Assembly: GCF_964213995.1 (NCBI RefSeq)
Contig: NC_135818.1
Location: 69,564,001-69,628,000 of the forward strand
Origin: Mustelus asterias
Lineage: Eukaryota
Length of the DNA: 64,000 bases
Direction: 5' to 3'
Below are positions 1-12,333 of the stretch, one piece after another. The notes below the pieces were generated by a model. The model ran no database searches and was not told the DNA's origin. It worked only from the letters and a program-made list of their open reading frames with translations. Position 1 is the stretch's first letter. Each line of letters begins with the position of its first letter. A program made the translations under genes and the position numbers.

Positions 1-248
1 CATGATTTTATTGAATGGCAGAGCAAACTTGAGGGTTCAAATGTTTTACTTCTCTTATTTTGTATATTCATATGATAGTGTTCTCAGAACAGTAATGCTC
101 TTGTCCTTTTTAGTGGTACAGGTCACAGAGTATGAGGTGCTGAGTCACTTTGTTATGTTGCCACAGTTTATGAGGGGAACAGACAGGGTAGATAGTTACA
201 GATCACTCATGGACTCCAAGCTGCTGTGGTGACATAGACCTTTGAAAG

Positions 249-598
249 TGCCTCACAGCGCCAAAGACCCGGATTCAATTCTGGCCTTGGTGACTCTCTG
301 TGTAGAGATTGCATCTTCTTTCCGTGTCTACGTGGCTGGATGTGTCAGCAGGCTGGATAACTGAGCAAATCCCTTCCTGGGTGCTCCGGTTTCTTCCCAC
401 AGCCCAAAGATGTGCAGGTTATGTGGATTGGTCATGCTAAATTGCTCCTTAGTGTTCCAAATTATGTAGGTTAAGGGGATTAGCGGGATAAATGTGTGGA
501 GTTACAGGAAAGGGCCTGGTTGGAATCTCTCTGTCGGGCAGTCGGTGCAGATTTGATTGGCCGAATGACCTTTTTCTGCACTGTAGGGATTCTATGAT
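249..598 (+). mobile_element. HE1/V-SINE-type tRNA-derived SINE with CR1-like tail, carrying a foreign insert at 336-377
   Basis: GGTGCTCCGGTTTC.TCCCACAG.CCAAAGATGTG core and TCTGCACTGTAGGGATTCTATGA tail shared with other copies in the window. Confidence 0.85.
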
Positions 599-950
599 CC
601 CATAGCTAATACATATTGTAGTCGAAGTGCATCGATCAAGGAGGAGATTGATACAGCCCAGTGGTCAGGGCACCAATCTAGTGCACTGCTTTGACCTGGA
701 GGTATAGAGCTTCCTAAGTGTTGTGATATCCAAAATCATTCCGATGTGTTGAGTATTCCTTTGCATTCCAGAAGGAGACAAAGTAGTTTTGACCTGTACC
801 GTGAATTCGCTGTTTGCAACAATTACTCAGAGACTAATTGTTAGACATTATTTCAAACCAATATCAAAAGAGCTTATCATTTAATAAATGTAGTGATTTG
901 ATTTATGCAGTTGCTAACATTTTTAACATTTGCTACTTTTATTTTAATAG

Positions 951-1030
951 AAACGAAGAATAATGCAGAGCAAAATTTTAATTGCCAACAACTCCCTGCC
1001 ACATTGAAACTAATACATACAATATTGCAG
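951..1030 (+). CDS. UNC79: UNC79 internal exon (first in window)
   Basis: AG acceptor at 949-950, GTAATC donor at 1031; encodes TKNNAEQNFNCQQLPATLKLIHTILQ, similar to recalled vertebrate UNC79 (QQLPVTLRLIYTIFQ). Confidence 0.88.
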
Positions 1031-1116
1031 GTAATCATTATTTGACTTGTTCAGTTATATTTTAACGGCTTAGTCTTTTAATTTCTTGACCTTGCTTCGT
1101 TTGTTCGTATCAACAG

Positions 1117-1265
1117 GAAATGCCAAATTGTGAGGAACCAGACATTCTTTTCAACATGCTCAATTGTTTAAAAATACTGTGTCTACACGGGGAGTGTTTA
1201 TACCTTGCAAGAAAAGATTATCCAAACTTTCTTGCTTATATTCAAGACACAATGTTGATTTCAAG
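1117..1265 (+). CDS. UNC79: UNC79 exon
   Basis: CAG acceptor, GTAAAG donor; EMPNCEEPDILFNMLNCLKILCLHGECLYLARKDYPNFLAYIQDTMLIS; phase 0 to 2. Confidence 0.95.
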
Positions 1266-1959
1266 GTAAAGTTAACATAGTATGAAAAACTGATGAATTA
1301 TCATTCAATGTTAGAATGTGTAATTTGTAAATGTGTTTTTCCCCATTAATTGTTTGGTTTCCAATACAAGGTTGTAGTTTTCTTTGCAGTATTTAGTACT
1401 TCTTTACAGACTTTCTGATTGCTTTAACTTTGATTCATTTAAGCTGTATGATTTATTTTGGGTACGGATGTTGCAAAGCGTCAGTAACACATCGTGACCT
1501 AGGTATAAACATCAAGTGTGTTATCTACAATAGGCAAAAGACAAACACAGTACAGAATAAAACAACTTCAACAATATGACTCATGCACTGTATTGTGCAT
1601 CTAAAAAAAATGATATGGCAACTAGAGAGTCAAGACCCTGTGTATCTTCATGTGAAGCGGGGCTAAATTGTAGGAGTATAATTTGACCAAAATGTGCGGA
1701 AGTAATTCAGTCCCTATTTTCAAATCATAAAATCAGCCCTCACTTTTGTGCCATTCTTTGATGCTATTCATAACTAAGCGGCAAACTATAAGCAATTTTC
1801 AAAGCAGAGAGTTGGAGTTGCCTAAGGCACAGGTGTCTGAAGAATTGATTGAGCAGCTGGAGCTCTAAATCTTGGGCTACAGCATCACCATTGGAAGTGG
1901 GCATAATTACCCCATGATCAGTGCAAGGTGCTCATGGAATTCTTTGTCATTAAGATTGA

Positions 1960-3230
1960 AATAACCCAATCAGCTATCTCTGCTGCTTTTCCACACTCTA
2001 CAGGCTTACTTGCTAAAGCTTCCTCTAATGTTACCCGTCCCCACCCTAGCCTTGAACTTGCATTTCTCTCTGATCTCCCTTCACATCACCTCTGAGCTCA
2101 TCTCGTTCATGAGATGCACCCGCCGCTCTCTCGACCTTGTTTTCACTAAACAGCTGACCAGCTAATTTTCTCTTTACACTCCAGTGTTAGCTGATATAAT
2201 TGTCCTCTCCTTAAAAACTGTCTGTCCCTCTCCTTTCATCACTCACTCCACAAAATAAGCCAACACCTGGCCTGTCTGTCCTTGCACCTCAAACTCCCCT
2301 TCTCCCTCCAAAGTCCTTGAACATGTTGTCGCATCATAAATCTGTCCCCGTCTTTCCCACAATCTCATGTTCGACTCTCTAAATAGGTGCCTGCCCCTGC
2401 CAGAATATTGGAATTGCTCCGATCAAAGACACAGATAGCACCCTGTGTGACTGTGACAAAGGTAAATTATCCCTCCTTGTCAAAAGCAAATTACTGCGGA
2501 TGCTGGAATCTGAAACCAAAAGAGAAAATGCTGGAAAATCTTAGCAGGTCTGACAGCATCTGTAAGGAGAGAAAAGAGCTGATCTCGAAGAGCTTTGACA
2601 AAGGGTTACCTGGACTCGAAACGTCAGCTTTTTTCTCTCCTTACAGATGTTGCCAGACCTGCTGAGATTTTCCAGCAGTTTCTCTTTTGGCATCCCTCCT
2701 TGTATTTCTTTATCTGTTTGCAACCTTTGACACAGTTGACCACACCGTCCTCCTCTAATGCTTCTTCACTGTTGTCCAGCATGATGGACTGCAATCACCT
2801 GGTTGCATTTTTACTTGTCTAATCATAGCCAGAGATGCAATGGCTTCTCTTCTTATTCCAGCATTTACCTCTGGTATCCCCAACGATATACCTAGCCCTC
2901 TCCTATTTCTCATCTATGTGCTATCCATTGGTGACACCATTTGGAAACTCAGTATCTGATTGCACCTCAGTGCTGAGGACACCCAGCTCTACCTCACAAC
3001 CATATGGTCCCTTCTACAAGCTCCGTTCCCCAGCAGGCAACTCCCTTGGAAACTGTTTGGGACTGAAACAAACTCTTCACAACCTTGGTCCATATTTGAA
3101 CCCAAGATCAGCTTCTGAGCTTCTGACCATATCTACGTATCATCACGAGAACTACCTATTTCCACTTGGGTAGAATTGCCTGACTCTATCCTTACCTCTT
3201 CTCATCTGCTACTGAAAACCCAATTATGTC
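1960..3230 (+). mobile_element. Degraded L2-type LINE fragment
   Basis: RT-like remnant (ACCTTTGACACAGTTGACCAC = TFDTVDH), pyrimidine-rich L2-like flanks, many stops; boundaries approximate. Confidence 0.6.
2481..2691. mobile_element. Penelope-derived fold-back element nested in L2
   Basis: ~66-bp inverted arms (2516-2583 / 2624-2690); 12-bp TSD ATCCCTCCTTGT at 2469-2480 and 2692-2703; degenerate hammerhead-like core at 2591-2629. Confidence 0.75.
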
Positions 3231-4196
3231 TTTCCTATTGGAAGTCGGAAGTGGGGAACATAGCCCCTTGAATGAGTGCAGAGGCTGCTGGGTGTGGAAG
3301 TGGACCGGGCAGAGGGTCCACTTTTGTGCTTCGGCACTGTGTTGATTTGCATGAAAAGAAAACAAAAAAACCCCTCAGCCCTCAGCTCTCACCCTCAGAC
3401 GTCCCCCTTGCCCCATCCTTGTTAACCTATGACAGCTCCTTCCAACAACCCAACCTCTCAGTCCCTCATATTTCCAAAACTGTGCCCCTCTACCCATCGC
3501 CTACGACCCCTCATACACTATCATCCCACCCCACCTCCCCATGGCCCTTTATAGCTACTATGCCAACTTAGTGCTGTCCTATTCCAACCCATAACCCCTA
3601 CCCACCACATTTTGCACTTCCCTCTCCATGTCAACTCACCTGGTATCATTTGACAGTTATTTGACAGCTTGACAGTTGTCTGACTGGTCCATTATGGTTT
3701 GACACTTCCTAACATCGTCATAGTTTGATATCAGCATGATTGTTCTTTCACAGCATGATGGTTCCCTGACAGCATGACAGTGATTTGACTGCTTTACATT
3801 TCCTTAGCAGCATGACAGTTCCTAAAATGCTCTAGATAGTTTCTTGATAGCTTGACAATTTTTGACAGCTTGATAAGTCTTTGAAAGCTTGATAGTTCAT
3901 TGACAGCATCACATTTCCATGAATGTCTGATGGAACCTTGACAGTTTGACTGTTCCTTGACATCATGATGGTTCCTTCAACATCTTTGACAGCTTCTTGA
4001 CATCTTGATTGTTCTTTGACAGCTTGATATTTCTCTGATAGATTAATACATCTTTGAAAGCTTGACAGTTCCTTGACAGCTTGACAGTTCCTTGAAAGCC
4101 TGACAGCGCCTTAAACATTTGAAAGCTCCTTGATAGATTGATAGTTCCTTGACACCTTTATTTTTACTCGACTGACCGACAGTTCCTTGACATCAT

Positions 4197-4323
4197 GGGA
4201 TGAAATTTACCGTCCTGCCTGCCATGGGAATCGGAGTGGGTGAGGGGTGGATCATGGAAAAGTTTGTTGATCTTGGGTAGGATTTTCCAGCTTTGGGGCG
4301 AGTGAGGCTAGAAAATCCCATCA
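4197..4323 (+). mobile_element. ~125-bp MITE (GGG...CCC TIR family) inserted in satellite
   Basis: GGGATGAAATTT...AAAATCCCATCA ends; CAT duplicated at 4194-4196 and 4324-4326; homologous copies at 21565, 35030, 56389, 57593. Confidence 0.75.
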
Positions 4324-7300
4324 CATGACTGTTCTCTTAGAGCTTTTGACAGTTCCTTGACAGCTTGACAGTACTTTGAGCTTAACAATACATTTACAGC
4401 TTGACAATAACTTGACAGCTTGGCAGTTCCTTGTCAGCTTGATATCTCATTGACAGCTTGATATTTCTTGGCAGTTTTAACACCGTGAAAGTTCCTTGAA
4501 AGCTCTTCAACAGCATGACAGCTCTTTGACAACTCCATATTTTTTTGACAGTCTGACCGGTCTTTGACATCTTGACATTTCCTTGACAGTTCTCTAATAA
4601 CTTAACAATTCTTTTACAGCATAACTGTTCTTTGACAACATGACAGTGATTTGACAGCTTGATAGTTCCATGACAACACAACAACCCCTTTAACACTTTT
4701 GACAATTCCTTGACAGCTTGACAGTTGTTTGGCAGCTTTATATTTTGATGACAGTCTGACAGTTCCTTGACAGCATGCCTGTGATTTGACTGCTTGACAG
4801 TTCCTTGACAGAATGACTGTTTCTTGAATGCTTTTAACAGTGCAAGACAGCTTGACAGCTCCTTGATAGCTTGACAGTTCCCTGGCAAGAGATAGTTCCT
4901 TGACATTCACAGTTCCTTGATAGCATGATAGTTCATTCTTGGTTGGACAGTTCTTTGACAGCTTCGCAGTTTTTGACAGCTTCATAGCTCTTTGACAGAT
5001 TTGTATTTCCTTTGCTGTCTGACAGTGCTTTGACAGCTTGATAGATGTTTGACAATTTGACAATTTAACAATATGAAGGCCCCTTAAAATTTGATAGTTC
5101 CTTGACAGATTGACTACTTTGACAACTTCATATTTCATTGACAGTATGACAGTTATTTGAGATCTTGACTGTTACTTGACAGTTCCTTGACAGCTTTGAT
5201 CTCTATTACCGTCTGACAGTTTCTTGGCAGCTAGATATTTCTTTGATAGCTTGATATTTCTTTGACAGCTTAACAGTTCTGTGACAGCGTCATTTTTCCT
5301 TGGCAGTCTGACAGTGCTTTGACGGCTTGACAGTTTCTTGGTAGCTCGTTGACATTCTTAACAGTGTGAAAGTTTCTTGAAAACTTGACAGTTCCTTGAC
5401 AGCCCTTTGAGATCTTCATATTTTCTTGACTGTTCTTTGAGATTCTGACAGGTCCTTGACATTTCTTCGACAGTGTCACAGCTATTTGACAGCTTGACAG
5501 TTCCTTAAAAGTTCTTTGACAGCTTCAGAGTTCCTTGAAGGTATGGCTGTTCCTTGACAGTTCCTTGAGAGCTTCAGAGCTCTTTGACAGAGTTGACAGC
5601 TGTTTGGCAGCTTCATATTTTCCTGACAGCTTGATAATTCTTTGACAGCTTCGTATTTCCCTTGCAGTTTCATATTTCCCTGGCAGCTTCATATTTCCCT
5701 GGCAGCTTCATATTCCCTTAGTAGTTTGACCCTTTGACAGCTAGACAGTCCTGTGACAGCTTCATATTTCCTTGGCTGTCTGACAAGAGCTTTGACTACT
5801 TGACAGTTCCTTAGCAGTTAGACTGTTTCGATGTGAAAAATGTGAAAGTTTGTTCCTTGAAAGTTTGTCAGTTGCTTGACAGATTGACAGCTCCTTGTCA
5901 GCTTCATATTTTCTTGATAGTTCTTTGAGATCTTTACAGTTCTTTGACAGCTTGACAGTTCCTTGACAGATTGACGGTTTTAACAGTCTGAAAGTTCATT
6001 GAAAGCTTGACAGTTCTTTGACATCTTGACAGCTCTTTGACAGCTTAAAACTTTCTTGGCAGTCTGACTGTATTTTGACAGTTTGACAGTTCTTTGACAG
6101 CTTAATTTTTTCTTGACAGTTTGACATTGAGAATTTGAGATCTTGAAAGGTCTTTGTCAGTTCTTTGACAGCATCACACGTCCTTGACAGCATGGCTGTT
6201 CCTTGACAGCTTGACAGTTCTTTGACACATTGTCAGCTCTTTGACAGCCTGACAGTTGTTTGAGCGCTTCATATTTCCTTGGTGGTCTGACAGTTTTTTG
6301 ACAGATTGATGGTTCTTTGACAGCTTGACAGTTTCTTGCCAGTTTTGATTTCTTTGACGGTATGACAGTTCTTTGACAGCCTTACAGGCGTGTGCCAACT
6401 TCATATTTCCTGGTCAGGTTTTTGAAAGTTTGACTATTTTTACAATGCGAAGGTTCCTTAAAGGTTGACAGCTCTTTGACAGCTTCATTTTTCTTGGCAA
6501 TCTGTCAGTGCTTTGACAGTTTGACAGTTTTACCAGTGTAAAAGCTCATTGAAAACTAGACTGTTCTTTGACAGCTTGCCAGCACTTTCACAGCTTCATA
6601 TTTCCTTGACAGTGTGACAGTTCTTTGACAACTTGACAGTTCCTTGACAACTCTTCGACAACTTGAGAGGTCTTTGACGGCATCATATTTTCTTGTCAGC
6701 TTCACAGTTCTTTGAGATCTTGACAGTTCTTTGACAGTTTTATAGCTTCTTGACAGCATCACAGTGCTTTGATTGATTGACAGTTCTGTGACAGTTTCAC
6801 TTTTCTTTGGCAGTCTGACAATGCTTTGACCACTTAACAGTTCCTTGTGAGCTTTCCTTTTAATGTGAAAAGCATGTTTCTTGAAATCATGTCAGTTCTT
6901 GACAGATTGACAGCTTCATATTTTCCTGATAGTTCTTTGAGATCTTTACAGTTCTTTGACAGCTTGACAGCTTCATGTTTTCTTGACAGTATGACAGTTC
7001 TTTGAGATCTTGAAAGCTCTGTGGCAGTTCTTTTACAGATTCACAGTTCTTTGATGCCATGGCGGTTGCATGACAGCTTGACAGTTCTTTGACAACATGA
7101 CAGCTCTTTGAGAGGTTCCTATTTTCTTGGCAGACTGGCAGTTCTTTGACAGCTTGATAACTCTTTGACAGCTTAATTTTTGTTGACTGTATGATAGTTC
7201 TTTAAGATCTTGACAGTTCTTTGAGGGCTTCATATTTCCCTGACAGCACCACAATTCTTTGACAGCTTGACAGCTCTTCGACAGCTTCATATTTTCTTGG

Positions 7301-9680
7301 CAGTCTGACATTTCTTTGACAGCTTGATAGTTCTGTGACAGCTTCATGTTTCCTTAGCAATCTGACAAGTGCTTTGACTATTTGGCACTCCTTGGCAGTT
7401 TGACAGTTTTGACTGTGGAAGTTTGTTTCTTGAAAGTTTCTCAGTTTCTTGACAGATTGACAGCTCTTTGATAGCTTCATATTTCTTTGACAGTTCTTTG
7501 AGATCCTGACAGTTACTTGACAGTTCTTTGATAGCTTGACAGTTCCTTGGCAATTTGACTGTTTTAGCAGTGTGGAAGTTAATTGAAAGCTTCAGAGTTC
7601 TTTGACAGCTCTTTGACAACTTCATATTTCCTTGACAGTATGACAGTTCTTTGACAGCTTAACAGTTCCTTGACAGCTCTTTGACAACTTGACAACTCTT
7701 TGACATCTTCATATTTTTTTGACAGCTCGATTGTTTTTACTATTTGCATGTGATTAGACTGCTTGACAGTTTCCTGAGAACATGACAGTTCCTTGAACGG
7801 TTTTAACATTTGCTTGACACCTTCACAGCTCCTTGACAGCTCGACTGTTCCCTGGTAGTTTCCTAGTAGCTTGACAATTCCTGATAGCATGACAGTTCTT
7901 TGTTGCTTGACATTTCTTAGGCAACTTGACAGTTCATTGAGAGCTTCATATTTCCTTGGCAGTCTGACAGTTCTTTGACAGCTTGATAGTTTTAACAGAG
8001 TAAAAGTTCCTTGAAAGCTTGACAGTGTTTTGAGAATTTGACAGTCCCGTGACAGTTTGACAGTTCTTAGACAGCTTAACAGTTTTTTGACTACTTCATA
8101 TTTCCTTGGCAGTCTGACAGTTCTTTGACAGCTTGACAGTTTCTCGTCAGCTAGATATTTCATTGATAGCATGATTTTCCTTTGACAGATTGACAGTTCC
8201 TTGGACAGTTTTAACATTGTGAAATCTCCTTGGAAGCTTGACAGTTCTCAACAGCTTTTTGACAGTTTGACAGCTCGTGACAGTTTAATATTTTCTTGAC
8301 AGTTGAGATCACTCCTTTGAGATCACTTTCTTTGATTTTTTGATAGCTTGATAGCTCTTTGACAGCTTCAAGTTCCTTGGTGGCATAGTTGTTCTTTGAC
8401 AGCATGACAGTGATTTGACAACTTGATATATCCTTTACAGTTCTTCAACAGTTTGACAGTTTTCAACAGCTTGACACTTCTTTGAAAGCTTGACAGTTGC
8501 TTGCCAGCTTGACCATTGTTTGACAGCTACATATTTCAATGACTGTCTGATGGTTCCTTGCCAGGTTGACAAGGAACACAAGTTCTTATTTCCATGACAA
8601 CATGACGGTTTCTTGACAGCATTCCCATTATTTTCCTGCCTAATAGTTCTTTGACTATTTGACAGTTCCTTGACAGTTCTTTGACTACTTGGCAGTTATT
8701 TGACTGACAGTTCTTTTACAGCTTGAACATTCTCTGACAGCTTGATCGTTCCCTGACAGCATGACAGTTCCCTGACAGCAACACAGTTCTCTGATAGCGT
8801 AACAGTTCCCTGACATGACAGTGCCTTGACAGCTCAACAGTTTCCTGGCAGCTCGACAGTTACCTGGCAGCTTGATGGATCTTTAACAGCTTGACAGTTC
8901 TTTGGCAGTTTCATATTGCCTTGACAGGTTGACAGTTCCTTGTCAGCTTGATATTTCTTTTTCAGCTTGACAGTTCTTTGGCGGCATGACAATTCCTTGA
9001 ACACTTTTAACAGCTAATTGACCGTGCATTGGTTCCTTGACAGCTCGATTATTCCTTTATTGCTTTTGACAGCTCCTTGACAACTTGACAGTGCTTTGAC
9101 AGTTTGATAGTTTTTAACAGTGTGACAATCCTTTGCCAACTTTGCAGTTCCTTGCCAGCATGACAATTCTTTGACAGCTTCAGATCTCCATGACAGATTG
9201 ACATTTCCTTGACTGCCTGCTCGTGATTTTACTCCTTGACAGTTCCTTGACAACTTGGTAGTTCTTCAAAAGGTTGACAATTTGAACAGTGTGAAAGTTC
9301 CTTATAGGTTGACAGTTCCATGACAGTTCTTTGTCAGCTTGGCAACACTTCGACATTTTCATATTTCCTTGTTGGTATGAGAGCTCTTTGACTTCTTGAC
9401 AGTTTCATGATAACTTCATATTTTCTTGACAGCTTGACAGGTGCGTTGACATCTTGACAGTTCTTTGATAACTTGGCAGCTCTTTGACAGCCTCATGTCT
9501 TCTTGACAGCTTGACAGTTCTTTGACAGCTTGATGGTTCCTTGTCAGCTAGATATTTCTTTGATGGCTTGACAGTTCTTTGACAGCTTGATAGTTTTTTG
9601 ACATATTAACAGTTTGACGGTTTTAATAGTGTGAATGGCAAGCTTGACAGTTCCTTGACAGTTCTTTGACAACAGGAGAT

Positions 9681-10025
9681 GGTGGCACGGTAGCATAGTG
9701 GTTAGCACTGCTGCTTCACAGCTCCAGGGACCTAGGTTCGATTCCTGACTTGGGTCACTGTTTGTGTGGAGTTTGCACATTCTCCCCGTGCCTGCGTGGG
9801 TTTCCTCCGGGTGCTCCGGTTTCCTCCCACAGTCCAAAGATGTGTGGGTTAGGTTGATTGGCCATGCTAAAATTGCCCCTTAGTATCCTGAGATGCGTAG
9901 GTTAGAGGGATTAGCGGGTGAATATGTCGGGATAAGGGGGTAAGGCCTGGGTGGGATTGTGATCGGTGCAGACTCGATGGGCCAAATGGCCTCTTTCTGC
10001 ACTGTAGGGTTTCTATGATTCTATA
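9681..10025 (+). mobile_element. HE1/V-SINE-type SINE (CR1-like tail) inserted in satellite
   Basis: A box TAGCATAGTGG, B box GGTTCGATTCC, V-domain, CTATGATTCTA tail. Confidence 0.92.
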
Positions 10026-10956
10026 ATGACAGCTCTTTGGCAGCTTTATAATTTTTCTGATAGCTTGGCAGTTCTCTGACATTTTGTTACTTCTTTGACA
10101 GCTTCATATTCCCTTGGCAATCAGACAGTACTTTGACAATTTGATAGTTCTTTGACAGTTTGACAGTTTTAACAGTGTGAAAGTTCCTTGAAAGCTTTAG
10201 TTATTTGACAGTTCTTACACATTTTTACAGCTCTTCGACAGCTTAATATTTTCATGACAGTATGAGAATTCTTTGAGATTTTGACTGTTCTTTGTCAGTT
10301 GCTTAACAGTTTTAACAGTGTGAGAGTTCCTTGAAAGCGTCAGAGTTCCTTGACAATTCTTTGACAATTTGTCAGCTGTTTGACAGCTTAATATTTTCTT
10401 GACAGTGTGACAATTTAATCTTCACAGTTTTTTGGCAGTTATTTGACAGCTTCACAGTTCCTTGACAATGATTTCACAGCTTGATATTTCTTTTACAGTT
10501 CTTTGACAGGCTTTAATAGTGTGACAGTTCCTTGAATGCTTTCAACAGTTCCGTGACAGCACGATGGTTCCAAACAGCTCAGTGATTTCTTCAATGCTTT
10601 TGACAGCAGTTTGACAACTTGACAGTTATTTAACAGCTTGATATCTTTTTGACAGCTTTGGATTTCCATGACAGACTGATATTTCCTTGACAGCATGTCC
10701 ATGATTTGACTGCTTGACAGTTCCTTATCTACTTGACAGTTCCTTATCTACTTGACAGTTCCTTATCTACTTGACAGTTCCTTGATTACAAGACTGTTCC
10801 TTGACAGCATGACAGTTCCTTGAATGCTTTTAACAGTTCCCTGACAGTATGATAGTTTCCTGACAGCTCGACAATACCCTAATAGCTTGATGGTTCCTTG
10901 ACAGCTCTTTGACAGTGTGACGGTTCTTTAACAGCTCGCTATTTCTTTGACAGCTT

Positions 10957-11262
10957 AAAGTTTATTTATTTATTACTCACTATTAGGCTTACATTGACAC
11001 TGCAATGAAGTTACTGTGAAAATTCTCTAGTCGCCACATTCTGGCACCTGTTCGGGTACACTGAGGGAGAATTTAGCATTATGAATCCACCTAATGTGCA
11101 CATCTTTGGACTGTGGGAGGAAACTGGAGCACCTGGAGGAAACCCATGCAGACACAGGGAGAATGTGTAGACTTCACACAGACAGTGACCCAAGCCAGGA
11201 ATCAAACCCCAGTCCCTGGCACTGTGAGGGAGCAGTGCTACCCACTGTGCCACTGTACCGCC
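10957..11262 (-). mobile_element. V-SINE, second tail type (AATAAATAAACTT end)
   Basis: Reverse-strand tRNA-like head and V-domain; tail TCACAGTAACTTCATTGCAGTG...AATAAATAAACTT. Confidence 0.9.
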
Positions 11263-11284
11263 GTTGTTGGTTATTTGACATCAT

Positions 11285-11815
11285 CATGTCCACAAAGTTG
11301 CCCATAGTAAAGTTTAAAAGACCAGTGTTAGACCCACTCTTCTCCCTTTCAAACTGGATGTAGAATTCAATCATATCATAGTAACTACTACGTAAGGGTG
11401 CCTTTACTCTGAGGTCATTAATTAATCCTGTCACATTACTCATTATCAAGTCATGCTCTCTGCTGGATTCGAAAATGTGCTACTTCAAGATACTATCTTA
11501 AAACCATTCTGTGAACTTCTTGTTTACTATTGAGAATCTGATTAAAGTCACCCAAATTATTGCCATCCATTTTTCACAAACACCGAATATTTCTTCTTGT
11601 AGACTTTGTCATACAATTGTGGTTATTCTTCGGGCGCCAATAGAACACTCCCATGGGTGACTTCTTTCCCTACTATTCCTCATCTCTACCCAAACTGATT
11701 CTACATCCTGACCTTCAGAACCAAGGTCATTTCTAACTATTGCACAAATGCTGTTCTTGATTAACAGTGTTACTTCTCCACCTTTACCTAGCTTCCTATT
11801 CTTCTTGGATGTTAT
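11285..11815 (-). mobile_element. CR1-type LINE endonuclease-region fragment
   Basis: Minus-strand translations KGGEVTLLIKNSI..VRNDLGSEGQDVESVWVEMRN and LINDLRVKAPLRSSYYDMIEF resemble CR1 ORF2 APE domain. Confidence 0.75.
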
Positions 11816-12333
11816 CATATACAGTTCTTTAACAGCTTGACAGTGCTTTGACATTGAACTTTAATGCATTCGTGCATTTATGTACAATCATGTTTACTTT
11901 TAATAAATCTAACTGGTTCTTTGCCTCCCACAAAGTTGTCCCAGGACCAGATCTCAAGGGGTACCTTACCTGCTGAAAGGAGTAACCTAGCTATCTAATC
12001 AAAATCACCAAGATCAGAACTCCTCTTACCTGGTCCGATGTGCAAACTCAGGATTTCACACACATGATCTACTAAAATGCCACTTTGTGGGAATCAGTTG
12101 GCAATTTAAATGGTCAGCTGCTTCAGTGAATCACACATGTGCGAATCCAGGCCCAAACCCACTTGCGCCCATGTGAAAATGGACCATTGCATTTTTGGGG
12201 AAAGGTTCCAAAGTAACCAAATGAGTAAATTACCTGTGATGTGAAGGGAAAAATATATGCAAATATATCTCATTTGGGTAGATTATCAAAATTGAATGTA
12301 GTCTCCAATTTGCACTTCTTGTGTTTGTTGCAG

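Larger units (their letters stand above)
3649..11855 (+). repeat. ~8-kb degenerate TTGACAG-core satellite with nested insertions
   Basis: Hundreds of CTTGACAG/TTTGACAG variants spaced ~9-13 bp apart; recurring larger blocks; remnant at 11820-11855 beyond inserted elements. Confidence 0.95.

Noticed and set aside
9681-9760. tRNA genes at SINE heads
   Set aside because: A/B boxes are present, but they run directly into V-domain SINE bodies and lack a full cloverleaf.
4394-10702. Many minus-strand ORFs (up to 212 aa) rich in K/L/S/C/Q
   Set aside because: They are translations of the CTGTCAAG satellite strand, which is naturally stop-poor. They overlap in several frames with frequent shifts and show no splice or domain evidence.
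3649-10956. CRISPR-like array interpretation
   Set aside because: No constant repeat with unique spacers, no cas genes, and the context is a vertebrate intron; it is a degenerate tandem repeat.
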